NCBI RefSeq assembly: GCF_009914755.1
Contig: NC_060944.1
Source of the DNA: the human T2T-CHM13v2.0 reference genome, Homo sapiens
Length of the DNA: 64,000 bases
Reading direction: 5' to 3' (one strand)
Shown here: piece after piece, positions 26,528 to 38,164 of the stretch
How the letters are laid out: every line of letters begins with the position of its first letter
Numbering within the stretch: the stretch's first letter is position 1
Translations under genes and position numbers: made by a program
The notes under the pieces: generated by a model
The model's database searches: none
Seen by the model: only the letters and a program-made list of their open reading frames with translations
What the model was told of the DNA's origin: nothing

Positions 26528-28632
26528 GCCCTCAGGGGGCATGGAGTTCCCCAGGGTACATTCTCCCTTGTGGCGTTGATCAGCTCCATAATTAAATAAT
26601 CACACTGGCAGCCAGGGAGGTGGCAGAGCATCCCTCCTGGACCTCGTTTGAGCTCTGTGAGGATGGGACCCTTGCTGGGCTCATTCACCAAGGCTTCCTC
26701 TGTGCCTGGCGGAGCATCCAGGGTGTCACAGGTGCCTTTAAATGTGAGGAGCAGCAGGCAATGCAGGCCGCATGGTCACTCGCCCTTGCAAAGTCAGGGG
26801 AGAGAAGCAAGCTTCGAGCAAGTCTCAGAGGTGAGGAGGGGAGGGGCTGAGGGCAGGCAGTGCTGGGGAGCTGATTCTTTCCCTCTGGTTACGGAAGAGA
26901 CTCCAAATCTCATGGCAACGCGGAAGGCGCAAGGACAAGGCCAGGACCCTCCATCCCTGCACACCCTCCGTCCACTGGTGTCTTTGGGACATCTTGACCC
27001 ACAACGCCTCCCAGCACCCACCAGGACTCTTTCTGCCTTCTGAATGATAAAACCCAATAAACCATAAAGAAAATAATTATGGATGAAAAGCAAGAAGCCT
27101 GTTTCCCAGCGGGGTCCTGCCATGCCGGGATCCTGCCCAGAGCCACACTTTATGACCAAGTCATAAACACATGGAAAGGGAGATTTTAATGAAAAAGAGT
27201 CCACTCCAGCACCTCTGGGGAGAAGCTGGGGGGCTGCATTTCAGTCACCGGCCCCTGCCTGACACCCCCAGCCCTGCGTACTTGCTCCCCTGGCTTCTCT
27301 GGCCGTGGAATGTGTAATAAATAAAAAGCAAATCACACCCTGGTTCCTTGTCTTGCCTCTGTGTCTGTCTCTCCAGCACACACTCCTACAAAAGCTGATG
27401 GGCAATGACTCTGGCCCCTGGCGTCCCCAAGGTAGGACACTGGTTACCTCTGAGACCCTGAGGGCAGTGGCCCTGTGCCCAGCACAGCCACCTCCTCTCT
27501 GGAGTTCCCCCATCCACCTCCCTGACATCCATCTGCCCTGGGAAACAGGGTCCCCAAAGGTTCCAACAACTGTCCCCACTTGCCCTCTGTCCTCTGCTGG
27601 ATTATAGAGTGGCCGAGAGGTGAGTGCAGCTCCCACTGAGAGGCTCTGAGCTCATTATCCAGGAGCAGAGGCGGTTTCTCTCCCTGCTGGTTTCCAGCTG
27701 CCATCTGTCACGGGCAGGCAATCCAGAACGTGTTGGCCGAGGCTGCTGCAGCCCATGGTGTTCAGCAGAGAAACCATGGGTCTTTCAATCGGATATTCCA
27801 AATACAAGCTCTGTGAATGGCTGTTACCTGTGCTTACACGTCCACTTGTCTGTTCCAGTGCGTACATGCATGCGTGTGCATGAGCAGAGGTGGGCGTGCC
27901 AAGTGTGTGTGTATGCACAGCTGCGCATGAGTAAGGGTATTCACATGCATGACTGAGGGTGTGCCATGGGTGAGCACATGGCACAAATGTGAGCTAGAGG
28001 ATGGCTGTACAGTGATGGGCTGCGTCCACCTATATGGGTGACCAAGCGCCTTCCGAGGAGAGGCTGGGACGAGAAATGTTCCATGAGCCTCAGTGTGGTG
28101 GGGCTTTTACTAGATTTTATTTCCTTTCCATTCTGAGGCTGAGGGGGGTTTTTAAATCCAGGTTGCAGCTTGGGCTTGGAGAAATATAGAGATGAGATAA
28201 TTAACAAAACAGTCACCCATCCACAAGAAGCAGGGCCACTCTTGGCACCTTTTAGGATGGAGAGATAATGGATTGGAACTCTTTCCAGACCCTGATTCGT
28301 GTGATCGGGGCCTAGGGGAGATGTGAGGGAAAAGGGTCAGCTAAGAGAAAGCTCGCAGAGAGAGGTGGGGGTTCCACTCGCAGCCCGCCCTCAACCAGAA
28401 AGGGACAGAGCCTCGGAAAATCCCTGGAGGGGACCTCCGCACAGAGTGTGGGAGCTCGTGGGGCAGTCTTATTTGCAGCCCTCAAGAGCTGTGCTGCTGA
28501 CGGCGAGGCAGCTTTGGTCTGTGTGGTCCAGGGTTGGATATGACTGGAACCCACATGGGGACAGAATCATCCTTACAGAAACTCAGTCACCTGGAATTGG
28601 GTCTGAAACAAGGTATGGGAAAGAGGCAAACA

Positions 28633-29040
28633 AGGAAGGAAGGAAGAAGAAGTGAGGGAGGGAAGGAGGAAGGGAGGAAGGAAGGGAGGAAGGGAAGGAA
28701 GGGAGGAGGGAAGGAAGGAAGGAAGAGGGAACAAGAAAGGAGGAAGGAAGGAAGAAAGAAGGAGGGAGGGAAGGAGAAAGGAAGGAAGAAGGGAAGGAGG
28801 AAGGGAAGGAGGAAGGAAGAAGGAGGGAGGGAAGGAAGAAAGAAGGAGGGAGGGAAGGAGGAAGGAAGGAGGGAGGGAAGGGGGAAGGAACAAAGGGAGG
28901 AAGGGAAGGAAGGGAGGAAGGAAGGAAGAAGGAGGGAGGGAAGGAGGAAAGAAGAAGGAGGGGGAAGGAGGAAGGAAGGAAGAAGGAGGAAGGAAGGAGG
29001 AAGGACATATGGGAGAAAGAAAATGAGGGAGGAAAGAAGT
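28633..29040. repeat. ~400-bp polypurine GGAA/GGAG low-complexity tract
   Basis: Almost exclusively G/A on the plus strand, with recurring 'gaagaaagaaggagggagggaaggag' blocks. Confidence 0.95.
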
Positions 29041-29249
29041 GGTGCAGGGAGAGGAAACTGTAGGTAGATGATAGGCCTTCCCCGTGAGGTAGTGAAAAGC
29101 CCATTGTTGGAAAGATTCAAGCAAAGGGTTTTTAGGGAAGGCTTTCAAGTGTCAGACAGGAGGTTGGGCTAAGACCATCAGGAAGCCCGATTCCAGCCTG
29201 TCTCAATATTCTTCTTAAAGGCATCATTTTATCACTAATGGATACAATT

Positions 29250-29430
29250 GATTCAGTCCATGCCGGGTCCGTGCTCAGCACTCTTGTGCATTATTTTATT
29301 TAATCCTCTCAGCAACCTTATAAGGGAGGTATTATTATTATTATTGCCTTCATTTCATAGTGAGGCCCAGCCTGGTTAAATCACTTTCCTGGGTCGCCCA
29401 TGGCCAGGCTCACCGGGTCCCCAAGTCCAT
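29250..29430 (-). mobile_element. MIR fragment
   Basis: 'cattattttatttaatcctctcagcaaccttataagggaggtattattatt...catttcatagtgagg'. Confidence 0.7.
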
Positions 29431-29811
29431 GTGTACTGTGATCCCCACACCCAGAGGCACAGCTACCACCATTCACAACCAGGGGCAGGCCCACCCCTTG
29501 CCTATAATCTTCTTGGATAAGGGACATCACACTGTACAGACCCCGGGGAGCCCGGCGGTGAAGCTCCTGGTATCCTGGGTGTCTGAAGACAAAGGTGGTT
29601 GAACAGAGCAACCCTGAACTGTTTCTGGGACATCCACAAGCTAAAGCAGCCTGATGGTGAGAGCCACCTTTTCTCCTGGGCAGGCAGGAAAGGCCCACAA
29701 GACACATGAAAAGTGAGGGATGCTTGAATCCACAAGCCCATGGGTCTTCATTACCATCGTAGGCCGCTGGACAGAGGGGGCGTGGTTTCCTGAGGGGTGG
29801 GCTTCCAGCCC

Positions 29812-30202
29812 CAGCTGCCAGCTGTGAACTTGGAAGCCTCACTGTGGACACCCGATGTGGACTCACACCTGAACACATTCCTGACACCTGCCCCAGCCCT
29901 GGGGGTCAGCATCTCCACCCAGAGAATCTTCCTTCTGGACCCTCAATCTCCCTTCAGGACCCTAAATCTTTTGGGGGGCCCTAAATCTTTCTTCAGAACC
30001 CTAAATCTTCCCTCAGGGCCCTAAATCTTCCTTCAAGACCCTAAATCTTCTTGGAGGCCCTAAATCTTCCTTTGGGGACCTAAATCTTCCTCCGAGGCCC
30101 TAAATCTTCCTTCATGTACCTAAATCTTCCTTCAGGGCCCCAGGCATTGCCCTCCTGCCAATACATCCTTCCCACCTCAGAAGATCTGGGTTTTCGGGGG
30201 AC
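29812..30202 (+). repeat. Copy B of the dispersed duplication (copy A at 3722-3913), with an internal minisatellite
   Basis: Shared 'cctgaacacattcctga.acctg.cccagccctgggggtcagc.tctccacccagagaatcttccttc'. Confidence 0.9.
29936..30141. repeat. ~20-bp minisatellite, consensus about AGGNCCCTAAATCTTCCTTC, ~10 copies
   Basis: Ten units containing (c/t)aaatct(t/c), spaced about 20 bp apart. Confidence 0.95.
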
Positions 30203-30819
30203 ACCCTGGGGTAAAAAGTTGAACTGTCGGGCAAGTCTGGCCAGTCCTGGTGCTGGCTTCCCTTCATTCAGCCCTTGTGGAGCCCTAGAGGAGGCCCTGT
30301 TACTGAGTCAGCAATGAAGTCCCAGTTGGCACTGTTTGGTGCAAGGGCCTGTGGCGCTGTGATGGGCGGATGGTGACGTCCTGCTGGCTGTGCCCCATAT
30401 GCCGGACTCCAGCTCACACTGGCATGGGCAGTACAGGCAGGATGCTGCCCAGCTCCCTTAGCACCTTTGGAATTTCCAAGTAGAAAGCTCTGGATTTGTT
30501 CAGCCGGAGCCCCTGCAAAGCCTTCCTTTTGTTTGTGCCAACCAGCTGAATCCGTGAGGTTGGCTCTCCTCTATCTGCTCGCATTCAAGGTCAGCAAAGG
30601 CCATGTTTTGTGGTTAAAGGACCCCAGCAAGGCCTCGGGAGCACTAGCCCTCGCTGCTCTGCAAAGCTGGAGGCCGATGAGGAATGTTCTCTCCTTTGAA
30701 TCACGTTTTCTTGGTTGGAAGATGAAAGAACCGTTGATATCTGAGTTAGGATTTTGCCAGGGCAGGCACAGGCCAGGTTGCAGAGTTCATGGAATGAGCA
30801 GCAGGTGCCAAGGCTGACC

Positions 30820-31181
30820 CCTTACCCAGCTCTCCCCTGACTTGCCTCCGTTGTCCGAGGGCTAGAGACCTGCGGGCTAGAGATGGGCCTCATGGCAAGC
30901 AGCCAGGCAGGAACAGACACCCTCACCAACAGGCAGGAAGCAGTGGCAAATGCCCCACCTGTTCCTCTGTGGGTCACCTGGAGATGGCCCAGCGCAGGTC
31001 TCCAAAGGCCCCCGGTGGATGGGGCCCCACAGGCCCACAGCCAACCAGCCCAGGAAGCACCCTTCCTTCAGCTCTCTCCTTTCTCTATGCATCTTTCTCC
31101 TCTCCCTGGGTTACCTTCCTAAAACTATCTGCACCCAAGCCTTGACTCGCGCTCTGCTTTCAGGGGAACTCAAACTAAGAC
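30820..31181 (+). mobile_element. LTR16-family (ERVL) LTR, 3' part
   Basis: Terminus 'cctaaaactatctgcacccaagccttgactcgcgctctgctttcaggggaactcaaactaagac'. Confidence 0.65.
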
Positions 31182-31194
31182 CTCTGCCTCCCTA

Positions 31195-31391
31195 CAGTGG
31201 GTTTCTCAGCTGCAGAACTGTTGACACTGGGGCTGGGTAACTCTGTTGGCGGCTGCCCTGTACAATACAGGACCCTGACCTCCCCCCACCCAGATGCCAG
31301 TAGCAGTCCCCACTATTTGGGACGACTGAAATGTCTCCGGACATTGGCAAATGCCTCCTGGGGGCAAAATCACTGTGGTAGAGAAACACTA
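31195..31391 (+). mobile_element. MER20 hAT-Charlie element
   Basis: 'cagtgggtttctcagc...cccagatgccagtagca...aaatgtctccggacattggcaaatgcctcctgggggcaaaatcac...gagaaacactac'. Confidence 0.85.
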
Positions 31392-32741
31392 CCTTAGAAG
31401 AACCAGACACTCAAAGGCCAGGCGGTCACATGAAGAAGCCAGGAGGCCCAGGGAGTGTTGGGGACTGTGGGAGACGAGGAGGACACCTCGAGTTTCTCAC
31501 CCCCCAGGGCAGCCACCACTCTGCCTGCTGCCACCTTGCCAGGATGCGGTCCCGGGGCTGTCTGATCCCACCCCACCCAAATTCTATTTTCGAAAGAAGC
31601 CGGAGACTGCGGGTTAATGTGATTGTTTGTTTCTGATTTTGAAAACTGAGCTGGCACACACACACACAAACACACACGCACACACATCTGAGGACCAGCT
31701 TTGGCCCTCAGCCCAGGGGACCTTGCCCCACTACAAGTGCCCAACTCCGGACTCTGACCCCAGGCTTCTGGCATCAGGCCTTCCTCTCTCAGGGAGCCAG
31801 GCCCGTCGGGGCATGGGACAGGCAAATCTCTTTCTTCTTCTTGGGGCATTTCCAGGGATCTCCCAAGAGCTCCGAGGCCTGGTGACCCTAGAGCATGGAG
31901 AGCTGGAGAAATGTTGGAAAACCCTGTCCCGGGAAGCTCGGGCTGCATCCAGGAATGTGGCCGTGAGCTGGGCCTCCCCACTGGCCCCAGGAGGGCTGTC
32001 AGTGTCCTGTAGACCTTGGGGGAGTCTTCACACCAAGTCCTTAGCTCCTTACACAGAATCTGTCTCATGGCTTATTGGGTCAACCCAGTCCCTAGTAAGC
32101 TAAAATCCAACCAGAGCCTAAGGGCCAAATTGCATTAAAAATGTGAGCAAAGCCCTTTCTCCAGGCTCCATCTCCCTTACCTGCTCCCACCCTCTACCAC
32201 TCTGCCCCGACAGGCCGCTGCCCCAGAGACTGCAGTTAGAAAACCTGAATTCAAACAATGACTTGCACCAGCTCGCTTTGACTTTGGCAAGCCTCTGAAA
32301 CCTCTGTTGTTTCTTCATTGAGGAGGTCAAGGGCAGCATTGCTTGAGCACCTATTGTGTACCTAGTACTGTGCTTAGTGTTTGACAATGTTCTTTCATTT
32401 TACCTGCCAGAGCACGGGCTCCCCAAAGGCCAGGAACGAGTCTGGTTTCTGGAACAGCACTGTCTCCTCAGCACCTAGACCTGGGCACATAGCAGACAAC
32501 CAAGGAATGCCCATCAACGAGAGGAGGCCTCACCTCATGGCGGCCATGTGGGGCAGGAATGACTGTAATCCCCCCTAACCAATGGAACAGCTAAGACTCA
32601 GAGAGGGTGAGTGTCTTTCCCAAGGTCACACAGCTAGTAGGTAGGTGAGCTAGGACTTCCAGCCCCGGACTGCATGCCTTTTGGCTATGTCACCTTAGCC
32701 ACTCTTCCCTGCCACTACTGCCTCCCAGGTTTGCTGGAGGA

Positions 32742-32785
32742 TCACATGCTGAGCTGCTCACATGCTGAGCTGTTCACCTGCTGAG
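32742..32785. repeat. 16-bp tandem repeat (TCACATGCTGAGCTGC) x~2.7
   Basis: Directly visible. Confidence 0.8.
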
Positions 32786-32940
32786 CAAGCAAGCATCAAA
32801 CGCCCATGGAATACAAGGTTCTAGGGACCTAGAACTAGAAAGACATTCCTTTTCTGCTAGTCTGTGGCTCTTCCAGGGTAGAGATGGAGCACCACACCTG
32901 GTGAAGAGCGCGGACTTGCAGGCTTACCAGAATTTGCCTG

Positions 32941-33897
32941 TGTATGAGTTTCTTCTTGCCATTGTAACAACTGACCACGACTTAGCTTAAAGCAACACAC
33001 ATTTCCTCTTTTACGGTTCTGGAAGTCTGAAATGGAGTCTCATCGGGCTAAAATTGTGTTGGCAGGGCTGTGTTCCTTCTGAGGCTCTAAGGGAGAAATC
33101 CGTTTCCTCGTCTTTTCCAGCTTCTAGAGTTTGCTTGTACTACTTGCCTCATGGCCCCTCCTCTATCTCCAAATCCAGCAAGCTCATCACTCCAACCTCT
33201 GCTGCCATTCCGATGTCTCTCTCTGACATTGACCTCCTGGCCCACCACTTCCCTTATTAGGATCCCTGTGATTACACTGTACTCACCCAGATAATCCAGG
33301 AGAGTCTCCCCCTCCAGCTCCTTACCCTAATTACACCTGCAAGGCCCCCTTTGCCTTAAAAGGTGGCATAGTTACAGTTTTGGGGGTCAGAATGCAGACA
33401 TCTTTGGGGATGGTCTTAGTGCACTTACTTTGCTATAAAAGAATACCTGAAGGCAGGTAATTTATAAAGAAAAGAGCTTTATTAGGCTTATAGTTCCACG
33501 GCTGTACAAGAAGCATGGCACCAGCATCCGCTTCTGGGGAGGCCACAAGCTGCTTCTACTCATGGCAGAAAGGGAAGGAGAGCTGATGTGTGCAGAAATC
33601 ACACAATGACTGAGTGCAGCAATTCTCCACCCAACCAATGGAAAAGCGAGAGAGAGACAGGGAGAGACAGTGAGCAGTAACAATGGGTGGAGGTGGTCCT
33701 ACACTCTTTTCAACAACTAGTGCTCACGGGGACTAACAGAGCAGAGCTCTCTCCTCGAAGAAGGGCATTGCCCTCATGACCCAAAGACCTTCCACCAGGC
33801 CCCACCTCCAACACCACGGATCAGATTTCAATACGAGACTTGGGGACAAACTAGCCATGTCCAAACCACAGCTGGGACCATGACTCCTCCCAGCACA
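32941..33897 (-). mobile_element. MLT1D-like MaLR LTR, split near its end by an MST LTR
   Basis: 'ttggcagggctgtgttccttctgaggctctaagggagaaatccgtttcctcgtcttttccagcttctagag'; the terminal ~25 bp resumes at 33874-33897. Confidence 0.8.
33412..33873 (-). mobile_element. MSTB-like MaLR solo LTR
   Basis: 'ggtaatttataaagaaaagag...ggctgtacaagaagcatggcaccagcatc...ccaggccccacctccaacac'; TSD GGGAT/GGGAC. Confidence 0.85.
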
Positions 33898-33934
33898 TCG
33901 AGTTTGTGGGGTTGTATTATCAGAATTGCAATAT

Positions 33935-34310
33935 GGCTTAGTTGGCTCAGGCTGCCATAAAAGAATGCCATAGGCTGGGTGGCTTAAACCACAGAAATGC
34001 ATTTTTTCATGGTTCTGGAGGCTGGAAGTCCGAGATCAGGGTGCCAGCGTGGCAGGGTTCTGGTGAGGACCCTCTTCCTGGTTTGCATATTGCTGCCCCC
34101 TCGCTGTGGCTCATGTGACCTTTCCTGGGTCTGTGCTTAACGTGAGAGCAAGGTCTCCACCACCAAGGCCACCAGCCCTATCAGATGAGGACCTCACCCT
34201 TATGAGCTCACTGAACTTTACCTCCAAAAAGTTCAGTCTTAACACACGGTTAGATTGGGGTTAGGGCTTTAATATAGAAATTTTGGGGGGACACATTTCT
34301 GTCTCGAGCA
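33935..34310 (-). mobile_element. MLT1A0-like MaLR LTR
   Basis: 'ggctgggtggcttaaaccacagaaatgc...ttctggaggctggaagtccgagatcagggtgccagc...ggggttagggc'. Confidence 0.85.
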
Positions 34311-35100
34311 CAGAACACAGGAGACTGCTGGCTCCCACACCCTCCCTTTCTCTTCCCCTGAGAACCACGTTTCCCAGGCCACCCTTCCTCCCACTCGTTT
34401 CCCTCTGTGCTCTGCCAAGGGGAGGCCCCAGAGGAAGGTTGAGGGGAGGGAGGGAGGAGACACCCAGGTGTGTCCCCCTCTTTCAGTCGGCAGTGGGTGA
34501 GTCTCCTCTGTGGCTCCAGCTCCCCATAGGCAGCCTCAGCTCACAGCTGGGGGCTCAGACAACACAGTTCCTCCCTTTGTCCTGCTAGCCCAGGGGCAGT
34601 GGGGACTTCCTGCTGTTGCTCATCTGTGTTGCTCTCACTGCCCTGGGGCTTGGCTTTCCAGCTCTTCTGCCACCTTTATATGGAGATTTTGGCATGCACG
34701 TCCATCATTGGACTCCATTTTTCTGTCTGGGTCTTGACTAAGACTTCCCTTCACCCACAGGGCCTCGAGCCCTTCACAGGGTCCCTCAAGTGTTGGGGCA
34801 GGGGCTTCAGGTGTTGGTCCTCCTCCTGCCTGGCATCCTCTGCCCCGCCTTGGCAACGTCAGTAGCTGCAGAACATCTGCGTCTACTCCTCTGCCCATCC
34901 TGGGTCTGTGCTGAGGGCCCTGGGGTGCAGCAAGCTGCTAAGCCTGCAGCCAAACCTGGGTCCCTCTCTACTCTCTTTTGTGCTATTCTGTGTTTTCTAA
35001 ATGGTTTGACAAATAGTGTCATTGTTTTTACGCAAGAAACACCAATAGAATCTTTAATTCAAAAAAAAATCAGGGCTTTCCTCTAACACAATGTAACTTC

Positions 35101-35430
35101 TTTCTTTTTTTTTTTTTTTTTTTTTTGAGACAGGGTCATGCTCTGTCACAAAAAAAAATCTCGACTCTTTTTTTGATGGAGCTGGAGCGCAATCTTGTCT
35201 CACTGCAGCCTCAACCTCCTGGGTCCAGCGATCCTCCTACCTCAGCCTCCCGAGTAGCTGGGACTACAGCCATGTGTCACCATGCCCGGCTAATTTTCTT
35301 TTCCTTTTTTTGTAGAGATGGGGACTCACTTTGTTGCCCTGGCTGATCTCAAACTCCTGGCTTCAAGTGATCCTCCTGCCTCAGCCTCCCAAAGTGCTGG
35401 GATTATAGGTGTGATCTACCGTGTCCAGCC
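35101..35430 (-). mobile_element. AluJ with an anomalous internal insertion
   Basis: Antisense AluJ ('cactgcagcctcaacctcctggg...cgatcctcc'); non-Alu segment at about 35149-35180. Confidence 0.9.
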
Positions 35431-35432
35431 CT

Positions 35433-35615
35433 GATAGAACTTTCTGTGCTCATGACACTGTTCTTTCTGTATATATTGTCCAGGACAGCAGCCACCAGGC
35501 GCAGGTGGCTATGGAATGCTTGAAACATCTATGATGGAGGAACTGAATTTTAAATTTTATTTCATTTCAATGCATTTAAATTTAAATAGCCACAAGTACT
35601 GGTTACCACAGCTTT
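35433..35615. mobile_element. MER3 hAT-Charlie element
   Basis: 'atagaactttctgtg...gaggaactgaattttaaattttatttcatttc...aatttaaatagccaca'. Confidence 0.8.
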
Positions 35616-38164
35616 AGACTTTGGTAAGATTCCTGGAGCCCTTGTAGTGGGACTAACAAAGACTGTCTCTATGTCCTAGGATTTCTCTCCAGCAATTTCA
35701 CACCCGTATGAAAGTGTCTTGTACACATCCCCCTACCCCCAAATCATCATTCAACAGGTTATCATTGTGTCCAGCCTTGTGTGAGGGGCATAAGGTGAGT
35801 CGGAGGGAAGCAGAAATGGAGGGCACAGAATAAATGTCTGGAGGTCTCAGGGTGGCAGACCAAGGGTCCCTGGGCTGGCGTGCTGGGCTGTGATGCATTG
35901 GTGACTTCAGGGCAGACCGGCTTTGTGGAGAGTAGGGAACTCACACCCACTCCATCACTCCCTCTTGTCTTCCTCCCCTAGCTCATAATACAGCAGATTT
36001 AATTCAAGGTCTTTTACAAATCCTTGAATGACACAGTCAGGAAAATATACAGAAGTCAACATGAAGTTTTAATTTTCCACACAAATAAATCTGCCTGTAC
36101 AGCCCACACTGGAGCAGGTTTAGAGCCAGGCCCTCAGACAGGTGCAGAGATGCTAGGAGATGCTTTGCTGGAAGAGGAACCTTTGCTTTCCTCTGCTGAC
36201 ATCTCCAAATCCCAGTCCCAGGCAGTGCCAGTGCATAGGGACCTCAGCATGGGCATCCACTTCCTGGAGAGCACAGTGAAGGGAAAACTTCCTAAATGCC
36301 CAGGCCTCTCCTCCCTCCCGTATTTATGACAAGCTAACCATCTGACAATTCCTTATAGAGCTGGGTCCCTGAGTCCTAAATTCTGACCAAGGTGTGAGTT
36401 TGGCAGAAGGCTGTGGAGAGATTGGCTGGAGTCTCAGTGACAGGCTGGAAGCCAGCAAGGTGCTTAAGGGTCCTCACATTTCATTCTCCAAACCTCCTGC
36501 TCCTCCAACAGAGACATTTTGCCCTCTTAAAAGAAAAGAAAGTTGATGTGCAGAGAAGTAAAGAAACTTGCCCAAGGTGTCACCACAAATGAGCAGAGGG
36601 GCTGGGGTTCTAGAGGATTCTGGAAGATTCTAGAAGATTCTGGAAGAGGATTCTGGAATATGGGTTGGTTCTATTCACTATACTCAGCACACATCCTCCC
36701 AGGAGACAAATACCAGCACCACAGGAGTGGCTAAAAGAGAGGATTAAGGGCACAGAAAGGAGAGAAGGTAGGGTAGAGTGGGGGAAGAGCTCTAAGTGAT
36801 TCATTGCATGGTTTACCTAACCACAGATTAACCACAAGCAACCATTTCAGCCCCAGCAGTAATGCTGGTCAGTTTCTGAATTGCACGCCTGTACTATGTA
36901 GGGCTTTTCTCCCACTGGTTCTTTTAAATTTGCAGCTTCCCAATGATGAAGTTGTTACCATCCCTGTCTACAGGTAAAGAAACAGGCTGAGAGGTCAAAT
37001 GATTTGCCCAAGGTCATGTGGCTGGGGAGGGGAAGAACGGGGCCTTGATCCCAGGGGTCCAAAGCTGATGGTTTTCACTAGCACACAACCGCCTTTCCTA
37101 GGCGGCCAGAGCAGAAGGAAATCAAGCCGGACCAGAGTAGCCCCTTCTTGCTCCACAGAACCACAGCCTTGCCAGGTCCCAAGGCATTTGGCCTGTCCTG
37201 ACAGTGATGGGATCTCCCAAAATACAGCCCCCTCAGAGACCATCAGAACTCAGTCCAAATGGGGCCTGGAAGGATTCTCCTGATGTTAAAATACCTCGTT
37301 CACCCCACAGCCTCCGTCGTTGCTCTGGGACCTCGTTGCTGACCCTGGATGACAGACCACTGCCTAGGATGAAATTCCCCTCTGGATGGATGGCTTCTGG
37401 TTTGGTGATGGAATGGATTCCAGGGCCTCTGAGGAAGGCAGGAAGCCTTGGGACTTGGCAATCTCCACAGGAGATGGGGTGTGTGCTAGGTGAGGCCCCC
37501 ATCACCAGGAGCAAGGCCTGGTCCACCCTGAGACCCAGCGCCCACTTACTGTCCATGCCTTCACCTTGCTAAGTTAGTGTGTGGTCCACTTGCTAAGAGA
37601 AACAACAGGTATTAAGGGTTTAAGAAAAAATGAAACCCAAAACAAGCTCTGAAGTTCTGTAGACCTTGGCCAACTCTCAGCACAGCCACTTACTTGCTAG
37701 CTAATCTTGAGCACGTCCCTTAACTTCTCTAACCTTTTTCCTCCATTCGTAAAACTGGGAAAATTTGCATCTTTTTCGTGCATTCGTTTTGAGAAATAGA
37801 TGGATATGTGTGTGCCTGTCAGCTCGACGCTGGGTGCAGAGTGAGTGCACTAAGCACGGTGGCTTCCTTGACTGTAGAGATGCATCCTAGCTCCTGCCTG
37901 GTCTGTCCCAGGTGGACAGAGGTGATGGCATCTGGAGGGGTCCCACCTCCAATGTCTTAACCCAGGACCTTTCTGTGGCATAGTGCTGAGCCAGCGTACT
38001 GAAAGGCCACAGAGAGGTGCAGCAGGTGGCGAGTTGAGCCCCCACCTCCCCAACCCCAGTGATTTTCCCTGAAAAGACACCCCACGCTTTGTTTTGTTGT
38101 CTGGCTTATGTAAACTTGCCTCTTGTTTTATAGTTGCTTCCCCAGCTTTAAACTAAAGGCTGTT

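Noticed and set aside
28534-29148. 170-190-aa ORFs on both strands
   Set aside because: Artefacts of the polypurine tract
29936-30141. Regularly spaced repeats superficially like a CRISPR array
   Set aside because: Units are contiguous ~20-mers without unique spacers; primate DNA; no cas genes
31394-32068. 224-aa minus-strand ORF
   Set aside because: GC-rich chance ORF crossing a (CA)n tract; no recognisable domain or exon evidence
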